Source: Curvularia clavata (Eukaryota). Taken from it: a stretch of 64,000 bases of DNA. The translations under genes and the position numbers were made by a program. Positions 52,101 to 62,210 of the stretch are shown here, piece after piece. The notes under the pieces were generated by a model. The model saw only the letters and a list, made by a program, of their open reading frames with translations. It ran no database searches and had not been told where the DNA came from. The stretch spans positions 3,596,001-3,660,000 of the forward strand of contig CP089275.1 of assembly GCA_023920165.1 (NCBI GenBank), read 5' to 3'. How positions within the stretch are numbered: position 1 is the first letter of the stretch; each line of letters begins with the position of its first letter.

Positions 52101-52747
52101 ACGTGGGCGCCGACGTCAACGCCCAAGGTGGAGAGTGCGACAACGCACTATCCGCAGCTTCATCTAGAGGCCACGAGCAAGTGGTCAAGATGCTGCTTGA
52201 CAAGGGCGCCAATATTCAAGTCCCGCAAGGGCGCTACGGCAATGTATTGCAGCTACCTGCATATATGTGCAAAGTTACTATGCTCAAACTTTTGCTATCA
52301 AAAGTCGATACCACACACCTCCAAGATCCATATAATCGGACGCTAATCTGGTGGGCTGCAGCTGGTGGCAGGACTGAGAACATTGAACTCCTTGTTACCC
52401 AGTTTAATCACGACCCTCGAGTCCCTGACAAATTTGGGCGTACGCCATACTGGGTTGCTACGAAGAAAGGGCAAAGTGCAGTATTGGAACTCCTGTCGGA
52501 AAAGTATGGAATAACTGGTCCTGGGGAACCAGTGTTGCCTGTTGATAGTGATGATGATAGTGATGGTGATGAGTGGCTAAGTTGTGACGTCTGTACCTCG
52601 CATATAAGTGCAAGGAGCTTGGCTTACCACTGCCGATATTGCCTTGACGGGGATTGGGATGTTTGCCAAGACTGTTGGGAAAGAGGTGCCAGATGTGCGG
52701 ATGATGCGCACACTTTGGTCAAGTTTACAAGAAAAGATCGAGAGTAG
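49130..52747 (+). CDS. Fungal NLR: HET effector - NACHT - ankyrin repeats - C-terminal ZZ-type zinc finger (intron 50683-50733)
   Basis: HET: YAILSHTW, YFWVDTCCIDK, WFSRGWTLQELLAP. NACHT: GIPGCGKT Walker A, IVLDALDEC Walker B, spliced GM|FRWAVCQL, LPQTLDQTYDRIL, LAHYSVQEYL. ANK array, then CDVC..YHCRYC..WDVCQDC..C..H. Confidence 0.95.
51512..52204 (+). repeat. Seven near-identical 99-bp tandem repeats encoding ankyrin units (GADVNAQGGxYGNALSAASxxGxEQVVKILLDA)
   Basis: Units start at 51512, 51611, 51710, 51809, 51908, 52007 and 52106. Units 3 and 4 appear identical at nucleotide level. Confidence 0.95.
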
Positions 52748-52825
52748 GTTGAGACAACGGACGAGACGGCTGACGATTAGCCACTGCTCAGAGGCAGCAC
52801 CCACTGTTTTTTATGTGCAATGGGA

Positions 52826-53127
52826 ATTCCGTGGACTTACGGCGCCCTCGCGCATGACGTCCATACTAGCAAGATAGACGTTACAAGATTCGAAAAAATA
52901 GAACTCAAATCCTGCACGACAACAGAATATTTATAGCCCAGGCAGAGGCAAAACATATAAGATGGCTTACTAGAGACTCAACTACAAAACCTGCGTCAAC
53001 TATCATAATTGAGTTCACCAGACCGGTAGATGCAAACAAGATTATCGACAAAGGGTTGATCTGGGAAGGCGAAGTCCTCCGGTGCGAACCATATGAAAAG
53101 CAGTGCTGAATGGAGGAATACTTCAAG
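52826..53127 (+). mobile_element. Decayed non-LTR retrotransposon (Tad1-like LINE) gag/ORF1 fragment
   Basis: Translates with a frameshift as TYGALAHDVHTSKIDVTRFE / QILHDNRIFIAQAEAKHIRWLTRDSTTKPASTIIIEFTRPVDANKIIDKGLIWEGEVLRCEPYEKQC*MEEYFK. This matches the fungal LINE ORF1 region just before the CCHC knuckle; it has an in-frame stop and the knuckle is lost. Confidence 0.75.
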
Positions 53128-53514
53128 TCCCTCGCGGCGAGCACCTTGGCGATAAAGGAGACACAAAGAACGTCTAAGTAACTCCAAGTAGTTGACGCAG
53201 CCTACATACATAGCGGTTCTAAATACGCATATTTATAAATACTTCTAGAAATCTATTTGTATACCCTACGCCAATTTTTATTATAATAGAATATAGTTAC
53301 TCGTCTTTATATTCTACTCGTCTATAGGGTACGGTAACCTGTAAGATAGAAAGAGGATTACATTTTCTACTCACTGACTAATAGAACATCAGTAGCAGGC
53401 TATGCTGATTTACAAATAGTATAGATTTTGGAGTTGGGCTAGTCCGTTTAATATCACGTGACAGAGCTCACAAACCAACAATGCGGCTCCAACTGCACCA
53501 GACGACTCCACGCC

Positions 53515-54639
53515 ATGTCGTCTCACAGTAGGGGGGGCTCCATTGCCTCGGGCCTCTACTCCAAATCGACGCCCAATCTGCCGACCCTGCAGACGTTTGA
53601 TGGAGACGGTCAGCAACAACACAAGGTTGCATCCCCCCTGCGGTCCGCTGCCCGCTCCGTGCCGGATCCGTTGTCGCCTACCTCTAACAGTGCTCTGTCT
53701 GAGACGGCTTCTGTAGAAGACTACCAGGATGATTACGATGACGACGAAGACGAGGAGACTTTCGTGGTAGAAGGCATGGACGGCGAGTCTTCCGACGACG
53801 ACGAAGAGCGCGCGCCTGTGTCTCGCGGCCTCTACACATCCAAGTCGTATACGCATCTTCCACAGCACGCACAAACAGGCACTGCTCTCTTCCCGCCCTT
53901 TTATAATCGACCGCCGAACCCTCTCCCACCGTCGCCGTCGCTCACCTCACTGCTCCGCCCTGCCTTCAGCCGACCGACGTCGAGGCCTACGACACCAGAC
54001 TCGTCCGATGTAGATTCATCCACCAGGGCTGGCTCACATAATGGCACCAGCACGCCCACATCCAACACGACGAACCTAGCCAACTCGGCACGGCATGCGC
54101 CGACGGTACCGCGGGCGTCGCCGAAGGTACCCACGTACGAATACTACGGCTTTGCCCTGTACCTAGGCAGTTCCGCCGCCTTCCTGATGTACATCCTATG
54201 GGCGTACGTGCCAGCTCCAATGCTACATCAGATGGGTATACACTACTATCCCAATCGGTGGTGGGCGCTCGCTGTGCCCTGCTGGCTGGTGGTGCTAGTC
54301 ATCTACATTTATGTTGCGCTTGCAAGCTACAACACGCGCTACCTCACGCTTCCCATGAGTAGCTGCGAGAATCTCGTCGATGAATGCGCTCAGATTGCGG
54401 CAGTGGACAAGAGGACAGGCCAAATAGTACGGGACGCTAGGTTGCTGGTAGAACAGCTGCAGGAAAAGGACGGTAGCAGAGCAAGCGCACCTCCCAGCCG
54501 CAGAGGTTCCTTGTTTGGGTACCAGTTCGATGCATCAAGCGAGGTAGATTGGAAGAGCCTGTGGAGCATCGGTACGGACGCCGTGATGGACGTGCCGATA
54601 GGTGGGGTTTGTGAAATCTTATACGGAAGCGATGAGTAA
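53515..54639 (+). CDS. GPI19: GPI-GlcNAc transferase subunit P (PIG-P) with long disordered N-terminus
   Basis: PKVPTYEYYGFALYL...YILWAYVP...GIHYYPNRWWALAVP; C-terminal DAVMDVPIGGVCEILY. Confidence 0.88.
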   Translation: MSSHSRGGSIASGLYSKSTPNLPTLQTFDGDGQQQHKVASPLRSAARSVPDPLSPTSNSALSETASVEDYQDDYDDDEDEETFVVEGMDGESSDDDEERAPVSRGLYTSKSYTHLPQHAQTGTALFPPFYNRPPNPLPPSPSLTSLLRPAFSRPTSRPTTPDSSDVDSSTRAGSHNGTSTPTSNTTNLANSARHAPTVPRASPKVPTYEYYGFALYLGSSAAFLMYILWAYVPAPMLHQMGIHYYPNRWWALAVPCWLVVLVIYIYVALASYNTRYLTLPMSSCENLVDECAQIAAVDKRTGQIVRDARLLVEQLQEKDGSRASAPPSRRGSLFGYQFDASSEVDWKSLWSIGTDAVMDVPIGGVCEILYGSDE

Positions 54640-55098
54640 AAAGCATGCAATTCGTCATTCTTACCACTTGACAGTCATCAGGCCATTGGATGAATTGATT
54701 CGCTATCTGGGCCGTCGCCGTCCCTGGACAAACATGGTTTTGCGCGGAAAAGCTTGTCACGCCCTAGGACTCAACCCCACTTGTATGCCCCTCTCCAACC
54801 TCCCACAGCAGCATGTAGTATCTGCACATTGGGAAAGCGCCCCGCTCCGTTGCAGGCAGATGTTGCTTGGATTGGACGGGCTGATAGCTGGTGATATCCA
54901 AAAAACGTCCGGAGCTTACCTTATGTTTACTTAGCGGCGTGCATATGACAAGACAGTAGTATAAGATTGAGGCATATTCCCGTGGTTGTTTCCGTATCCC
55001 ACCTCTTCCCACGAGGCTCGCCACTTTGCTCTGGGTTCAATTGCTTCATCTATCTTCTCGTGCAGCTTCGTTGGTCGAAAAGTCTCCAATTGCCCATC

Positions 55099-56555
55099 AT
55101 GAAGTCTGTCGTTGCTTTCTCCGCCCTCTCCATGCTTGCTGGTGCCGAGGCTGCCGAGACTGTCCTGGGAGCTTATGTCTTCCATCGCCATGGTGACCGT
55201 ACACCAAAGGCTCTTGCTCCCACTAACTTGACTACGCTTGGCTACGAGCAGGTCTACTCCTCTGGCCAGTACTACCGGTCCCGCTATCTGTCCGGCGACT
55301 CCAAAATTCGCGGTATCAACGAGGACGAAGTCAAGCTGTCCCAGCTCCAAGTTCAAGCTCCCGTGGACAATGTTCTCCAGAACTCGGCGATGGGCTTCCT
55401 CCAGGGCCTGTACCCACCCGTACAGACTGTCCAGACTCTTGCCAGTGGTCAAAACGTTCAGGCTCCCATGGACGGATACCAGCTCATCCCTGTCAACACC
55501 ATTGAGACTGGTGCTGGCTCAGAGGACTCTGGCTGGCTCCAGGACGCTTCCAGCTGCCAAAACGCAAAGGCGAGTTCAAACTCGTACTTTGATAGCAAGG
55601 AATACAAGGACCTTGCTTCCAGCACCACCGACTTTTACAAGTCTCTCGTTCCTTCCATCAACAACGTCATCAGCAATGATCAGGTGAACTACAAGAACGC
55701 CTATGTCGGTATGTTGTGATTCCATCTCGCGACTTGCTATGCATGCTAACCGCACCCCAAGTCTACGACATCATCCACGTAGCTGAGATCCACAACTCCA
55801 GCATCCCCAACTCTGATGTCCTTGACAACTCGACTCTGCATCAGCTCACTGCCCTCGCCAACGCCCACGAATGGGGCCTCGCCTATAACGCGAGTGACAA
55901 CGTCCGCGCCATTGCGGGTATGCAGCTCGCCGGCGAAGTCCTCTCGTACATGAACAACATCATCAGCTCTTCCGGCTCCAAGAAACTCGGCATCCAATTC
56001 GGCGCCTACGCCACTTTCCTCTCCTTCTTCGGCCTCGCCGATCTGCCCCGTGCCAGCGTCGACTTCACCGGCATCGTCGACTATGCTAGTTCCATGTCCT
56101 TTGAGCTCTTCACCACCGCTGACGTGGGTACCGCGTTCCCTGCTGAAAAGGACCTGCAGGTACGCTTCTTGTTCCACAATGGAACTGCGAGCAACACAAG
56201 TGAACCGACTGTCTACCCGCTTTTCGGTGGCAATGCGAATGCCCTGGCGTGGACTGAGTTCAAGGAGAAGATGGGCGAGTTCGCGGTTACCTCGACGCAG
56301 GAGTGGTGCGGAAAGTGCGGAAACACGGCTGGTGCTTGCGCGGCATTTGTGAAGAACGATGCCCCTGCTACTCAGCAGCATGCTAGCAGTCATGAACTGT
56401 CTCCTGCTATTGGTGGTGTTATCGGTGCTTTTGTCACTCTCGCAGTTGTCCTGGGCTCACTGGCGGCGCTCATGTTGCTTGGTGGGTTCAGGCTCGTGAG
56501 CAAGAAGGCCCTGCAGAATCGGGCGACTGACGTTAACGTTGAGCCTAAGGCTTAG
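55099..56555 (+). CDS. Histidine acid phosphatase, signal peptide plus C-terminal TM anchor (intron 55709-55761)
   Basis: MKSVVAFSALSMLAGAEA signal, HRHGDRTP catalytic motif, AIGGVIGAFVTLAVVLG TM segment. Confidence 0.9.
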
Positions 56556-56850
56556 AGTGAGCGTGGAAAGGGCAATATGTAAGGGTTATGTGTGTTGGTA
56601 AAGAACAGGTGTATATATTATGACGTTGACGAATGAACGAAACAATCAATACTATACCACTTTTGAAAACCCTCAGTGCCATGAGTTCACTCAGCCCAAG
56701 GATAGATGAATAAATCAAAATGTGCGCATCATCTCGTTCGTTAAAGTCTCATTTCGACATGCCATGTATCTACGTAAATAAACCTTACCCTGCCATTTTC
56801 CCATATATACCCACACCCCCTAAACGCCATCCCATGCAAACGTACACACT

Positions 56851-58361
56851 CTAGGCCTTCAGCACACTAAAGTGATCCTTGGGCTTAACAATCGGCGCAC
56901 CCAAGCCCTTCCTGACCTCCTCAAGCTGCTCAATCCCACTCTGCTGCTTTCCGCGCTTAACTCTCCGCTTACCCTGCGTGTGGTGGCTACCCAGGAAATC
57001 GTCCATGATGCTGTCGAAATCAGAGCGAAGGAGAGGTGGGGCCTGGCTGCTGGTAGTAGACCACTGGCTGATGCCTGTAATACCGCTGACTTTGCTCATG
57101 CCAGAGACCATGGAGGCATCGTCGGGGAAGTCGAAGGTATCGTCGGCGTATTCTTCTTCGATTTTATCGAAGCGCTGGTCAAGGAGGGTGAGGCCTTCGG
57201 TGCGGTGCAGGGCTGAGGACGACATGGAGTAGCCCGAAGTCGAGGTCAAGGCGCCTTTGCGCTTCTTCTTACGGCCGCCAGAGGTTAGGGCAGAAGCGCC
57301 TGTGATGAAGGATTGTGCGTCGCTGGGCGCGGCGGGCTTGTTGGGCTTGGCGGCTTTGACGTCTTCTTTGAATTTCTTGAATTCCTTCAGGTACGCCATA
57401 TCATCTGCGTCTGCAGGTGCTGGCGCAGCGTCGGGCGCAGGAAGGGATGAAGGGTCTGTTGGGTCTTCGGATGACTTCTTCGCCTTTAGTTTGGGCGAAG
57501 ATGCTTTAATTGTGTCGTCACTTTCCCAGCCGGCATCTTCTTCGTCGAGGAAGCGGTCCATGGTGTCTCTGTCGTCGTCGTCAAAGTCGACACTGGCATC
57601 CCATTCCCTTTGGTCGACTTCGTAGCCGTCTTTGGCCAATTCGTTGAAAATGTCTTCCTCGTCGTCAACATATGCTTCGTCCTCGAGCGCCTCGAGCACT
57701 TCGCGCAGCCTAGGGTCCATGTCGGGCTGGAAACCTGCAATGGCGTCTGGGATGTTCTGCTGGTCCTGGTACGTTGTTTTTCGTACAAATTCCGAGGGTG
57801 CCATGTCCTCGCCAAACAAGTCGCTCACGCTGCTAATGTTGCTGCTCACACTCATATCCGCCTGGCTTCTACTGTCGTTCAGCGAGGCGTCGCGCAGCAT
57901 GTCGGCCAAGTCCATCTTTTGCTTTCCCTTCTTCTCAGGCTTGGCCTCGACAAAGTATGCATCGCCTCCGCCAGTACCCAAGTCGCGCATGTGTTGCATG
58001 TAGTCGTACTCAGTGTCATCGTAGAAGATGCCATAGTTGGCTGCTTCACCCTCGTTGCTCCGCACTTTGGACCCATACTCGCTCTCTAGATCGCGTCTTG
58101 ACTTAATCTTGCTCCGCCCTGTCGCAGCCGAATACTGCGACGCCCGCGAACTTCCTGCAGGCTCTGATACTTCGCGCTGGTTTGGCGCAATGGTCTCGGC
58201 AAAGACCATCTGCGGGGCATCTTCATCGTGGATGCGCGGGTCATTTTGGGCACGGTGGACGAGGCGGAAATTGGTCGCGGTTTTCTTATCGCTGTCGCGG
58301 GGTCAGTGGGGTATCGCAACAAGCGCAGTTTGTGTGCGTACATGAACTTTCGGCGAGGCAT
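56851..58361 (-). CDS. LTV1: Low-temperature viability protein Ltv1 (pre-40S assembly/export factor), 1 intron
   Basis: Spliced MPRRKFI|DKKTATNFRLVHRAQNDP, GEAANYGIFYDDTEYDYMQHMRDL, GFQPDMDPRLREVLEALED, SMSSSALHRTEGLTLLD. Confidence 0.93.
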
Positions 58362-58607
58362 TTTGCAGAATTTGGTATAACTCGAGACGTGTGTTTTGGG
58401 AGTGGCAACTGTTGGCGGTGGAAGTCTGGGGAATCGCGCTTACAAACGAAAGGGTCTTTGGCGTCGGGCGCTCAAAAAATAATTTAGGCGAGTGGAACCA
58501 GTGAATGACGTGGGGCAACTGTTGGTTCGCAACTTTCTCCTCCGACTCACAACCCCTCTTCTGGGACAAAACACCACAATCACAAGTTATTGGAGTTACC
58601 AGCAAAC

Positions 58608-60720
58608 ATGGTGCTCGCAAAATCCAAGAAGAGCGTCGGGCTGGGCAACAGCCTGATGAACGACCGGTTCAGCAAGGGTAAAGGCGCTGACATGCGGAGG
58701 GGCAACTTTAACCAGGGAATCGAGCGGACAGGCCAAAATGGCGAAAAGGTATGTGAAGTCCAGGTTTGAGTCTGTCGCGAACTCTAGGAAAATAGATTGC
58801 CATTCAGAAGACTCACGAAATATCGCATGCTAACTTCCATAGTACATTACCAATGAGAAGAAGGAGGCGTCGTGGGTAAAGATGCGCTCTGTGACCGAAC
58901 AGGGCGCTCTTGACGACTTTCTTTCGACCGCAGAATTGGCTGGTACCGACTTCACGGCTGAAAAGATGAATAACGTCAAGATCATACATAAGGACCAGAA
59001 GAACCCGTATCTCCTGTCAGCGGCTGAGGAGCGCAACGTCACTCGGAAACACAAGGAGAACAGGAATAGGTTGACTGTACCGAGGCGACCAAAGTGGGAT
59101 GCGCAGACCACTCCGCAAGAGTTGGATGAATTAGAGAGAGGAGCACTGCTACAGTGGCGAAGAGGCCTGGCGGAGCTGCAAGAGAATAATGACCTGCTCA
59201 TGACACCGTTTGAGCGCAATCTCGAAGTCTGGAGGCAGTTGTGGCGAGTCATCGAGCGATCTGATCTGGTGGTTCAAATTGTGGATGCACGAAACCCGCT
59301 GATGTTCCGATCCGAGGATTTGGAAGACTACGTCAAGGAGGTGGACCCCAAGAAGAACAATTTGCTGCTGGTCAACAAGGCAGACATGATGACGCTTGAG
59401 CAGCGAACGATTTGGGCCAACTACTTCACCGAAGCTGGCATCAACTTCAAGTTCTTTTCGGCTGAATTGGCCAAGGAGATGAATGAGGCTCGTGGATTGA
59501 CAGAGCCGAGCGATGAATCAGGCGATTCAGAGGATTACGACGACGAAGATGATAGTGAGGAGGATGTTGACTCAGAAGACGATAAGCTTGCAGAGGAGGC
59601 TAAGAAGATTGACCTCCAAGACAAGCAAGAAGAGAAGGAAAAGTGGGTGGACGAAGAGACTGTTGATGTGCCTGGCCAAAGCCGCGCTGAAGCAGACGGT
59701 GATGAGCGGACGCGGATACTTACCACAGAGGACCTCGAAGCGCTGTTTCTGCAGCATGCACCAGACATCGACACTGGCCCAAACGGCGAGCCTCGCAAGA
59801 CATCAATTGGTCTCGTCGGTTACCCCAACGTTGGAAAGTCGTCTACAATCAACGCTTTGATCGGCGCGAAGAAGGTATCCGTGTCTGCAACGCCAGGAAA
59901 AACGAAGCACTTCCAGACTATCCATCTCAGCGAGAAGGTTGTCCTGTGTGATTGCCCTGGTCTTGTATTTCCCAACTTTGCGACAACCAAGGCCGAGCTG
60001 GTGTGTGCAGGTGTCCTGCCAATTGACCAACTGCGAGAGTACACTGGCCCTGCAGGTCTTGTTGCCAGGCGGATTCCCCAGCGATTCCTCGAGGCGCTCT
60101 ATGGAATGAAAATTCATCCCCGTCCGCTTGAGGAGGGTGGCACTGGTATTCCTACCTCTGAAGAATTGCTGCGAGCCTTTGCCATTGCTCGAGGCTTCTC
60201 CACCCAGGGTCTAGGTCAACCGGACGAGTCGCGAGCCGCGCGATACATCCTGAAGGACTACGTTAAGGGCAAGATCCTTTTCTGTCACCCACCTCCGACT
60301 GAGCCTCCGATTGACGAGAAGTATTTCAACCGCGAACTCTACGATGCCAACCATCTGCCTGCCAAGCGTCGCCACCACCCCCTTGCTAATGTCTCCGACA
60401 GCATGTCTCTCGCAGGCGCATCTCATGCGGAAGGGTCACTAATGGATGACGATTTTGACGGCGGCGTGCCTATTCAAGGTGAAAAGACGCAGCGCATGGA
60501 CAAGCGTTTCTTCGGTCCAGGACAAGGAATGGCCAAGATCAGCCAGCCATTCCACTACAAGTACAGCGAACAGGGCAAAGAGCTGAGCGGCAGGAAAGCT
60601 AAAATGATGGCAGCACTGGAGCAGGACGTTGATCCCTCAGAGATGAAGATGAACAGCAAAAAGCATTTCAAGGCGAATAAGAGGAAAGCGAAGAAGGTGA
60701 GATCAGAGTACGTTGACTGA
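58608..60720 (+). CDS. LSG1: Large-subunit GTPase 1, circularly permuted (intron 58749-58842)
   Basis: TPFERNLEVWRQLWRVIERSD, VDARNP, NKAD, GYPNVGKSS, TPGKTKHFQT, DCPGLVFP. Confidence 0.96.
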
Positions 60721-60984
60721 GCTAGTCTGGTACGGAATGCTCAACTTATGATTGCATGACTGGCGTTTGGGATGGTGGTGTCGGGGTATTTTTTTCTCCA
60801 ATCAGCTCGCTGCATGTAGTGCAACACCGATGTAAAAATTCAAAAGCTTGTCCTTGTATGTCAGAATCGCTCTTCAATAAAGGATATCGTGACAATCCCG
60901 TGATCAATAATACCAAGAGTGAGTGGGAGTGGGCGGTGGTGATGTGCGTGAGGCGGGGAAAAGGAAAAGGGCCCGAAAACAGGG

Positions 60985-61186
60985 AATCAGAATCGCCGCA
61001 TAATAACAAAGCCGGGCATACGTCAATCCAACCAGGAAGAAAGCACCCGCAAGCAGCAAAAGAACCACCCAGGCGGATGGGGATCCGCCGGGGAACTTGC
61101 GGAAGAGTCCACTGTAATCAACACCTGAAGCTGCTTTGTTACCACTTGCGGCATGTTGGACTTAAATTGCCCGAGTGATTGGTGGA
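60985..61186 (-). ncRNA. Candidate structured RNA (rod-like, nested stems); overlaps a 43-aa sORF
   Basis: Nested complementary arms with G-U pairs that favour the minus strand, and a perfect GGCGGAT/ATCCGCC hairpin. Family not identified. Confidence 0.35.
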
Positions 61187-62210
61187 CAAAAGGGGAATGT
61201 GGGTTGCTTCCTGTGTGTGTGGGTTTTTACTTGATAAGGCTGGTGCAAGATACAGAAAGAAAAAATGGAGAGAGAGGCAGATAAGATGGGCCCCGTGTGT
61301 GGGAAGAGTAGGTGTGCCGAAGGTTGGTGTTTGGTGTGTGTTTTGAGTATGACGACATGGAAGGGTGAGCGTGTAAACACGGGCTGGAAACATGAACTGC
61401 TGTCAAGAACAAGCACGTAGGTAGCTGCGTATGAGATGCTTGTATGTACGGAAGAGCAAGGCAGAAAGGTACGATGGAAGGCTTAGGTAGTTAGAGTGCT
61501 TGTGGCTGATTGCTGCGAGTCGCTCTGCTTTGGTCTGGTGATTCTATTGGCTTTGAGGTTTCAGGACACTCCCACAACTAGCGAAACTGGAAAATGGCAG
61601 CCTACAAAACCACAAATTTTAGAAGGAATGGCAGTCGTCACAGGTATTCATCAATTGCCATACTTACCTCATTGAGAAAATTATCTCCTACACTCCTATA
61701 TGCTGTGTCGCTGAGATTTTGGGTGTTGGAGTACTTTTCTCTGCTTCCTAGGTGATTTAAACATTTATTTGCGATATTGTTCTTGTTAGATTCTAAGCAT
61801 GTGGTATGTAAGTAAGTACAGTGTGCTGATCGAATGTCCATGGTTAGCTACTTTTCAATAGGCTTGTTTTTGACCAACTTCGTCATCAAAATGTAGCAGA
61901 TAATAGAAGCCAATGTATTCCAAAAACTATGTGGAATACAACTACTACTGCGTCACCAACTCAAATGAGCCGTCACAGCTCATTGCACCTGGGGATGGGC
62001 ACAGGAGCAAAGTATATTTTTTACAAATCTATTTCAGCCAAACGCCAGCACTCGTTTCGACAATGAATCTTGCGGCATGGTATCATTACTAACCTTTTAT
62101 TCCTTTGTAAACGCCAATAACCTAACTATGGTGATTATGCGATAAACCCTAATCCTGGTGTTACATTGCGATCATACATGCCCGAAAAGAAGAATAACTG
62201 ATTGCTTATC

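Noticed and set aside
51512..52204. Regular direct repeats resembling a CRISPR array
   Set aside because: Contiguous 99-bp in-frame coding units without unique spacers, in a eukaryotic gene.
61660..61670. ATACTTACCT matching the U1 snRNA 5' end
   Set aside because: The downstream sequence shows no U1 stem-loops or Sm site. It is better explained as the reverse complement of a 5' splice site.
62143..62153. AACCCTAA as a possible telomerase RNA template or telomeric seed
   Set aside because: A single imperfect copy in the cyclin H 3' region, with no supporting TER elements or tandem repeats.
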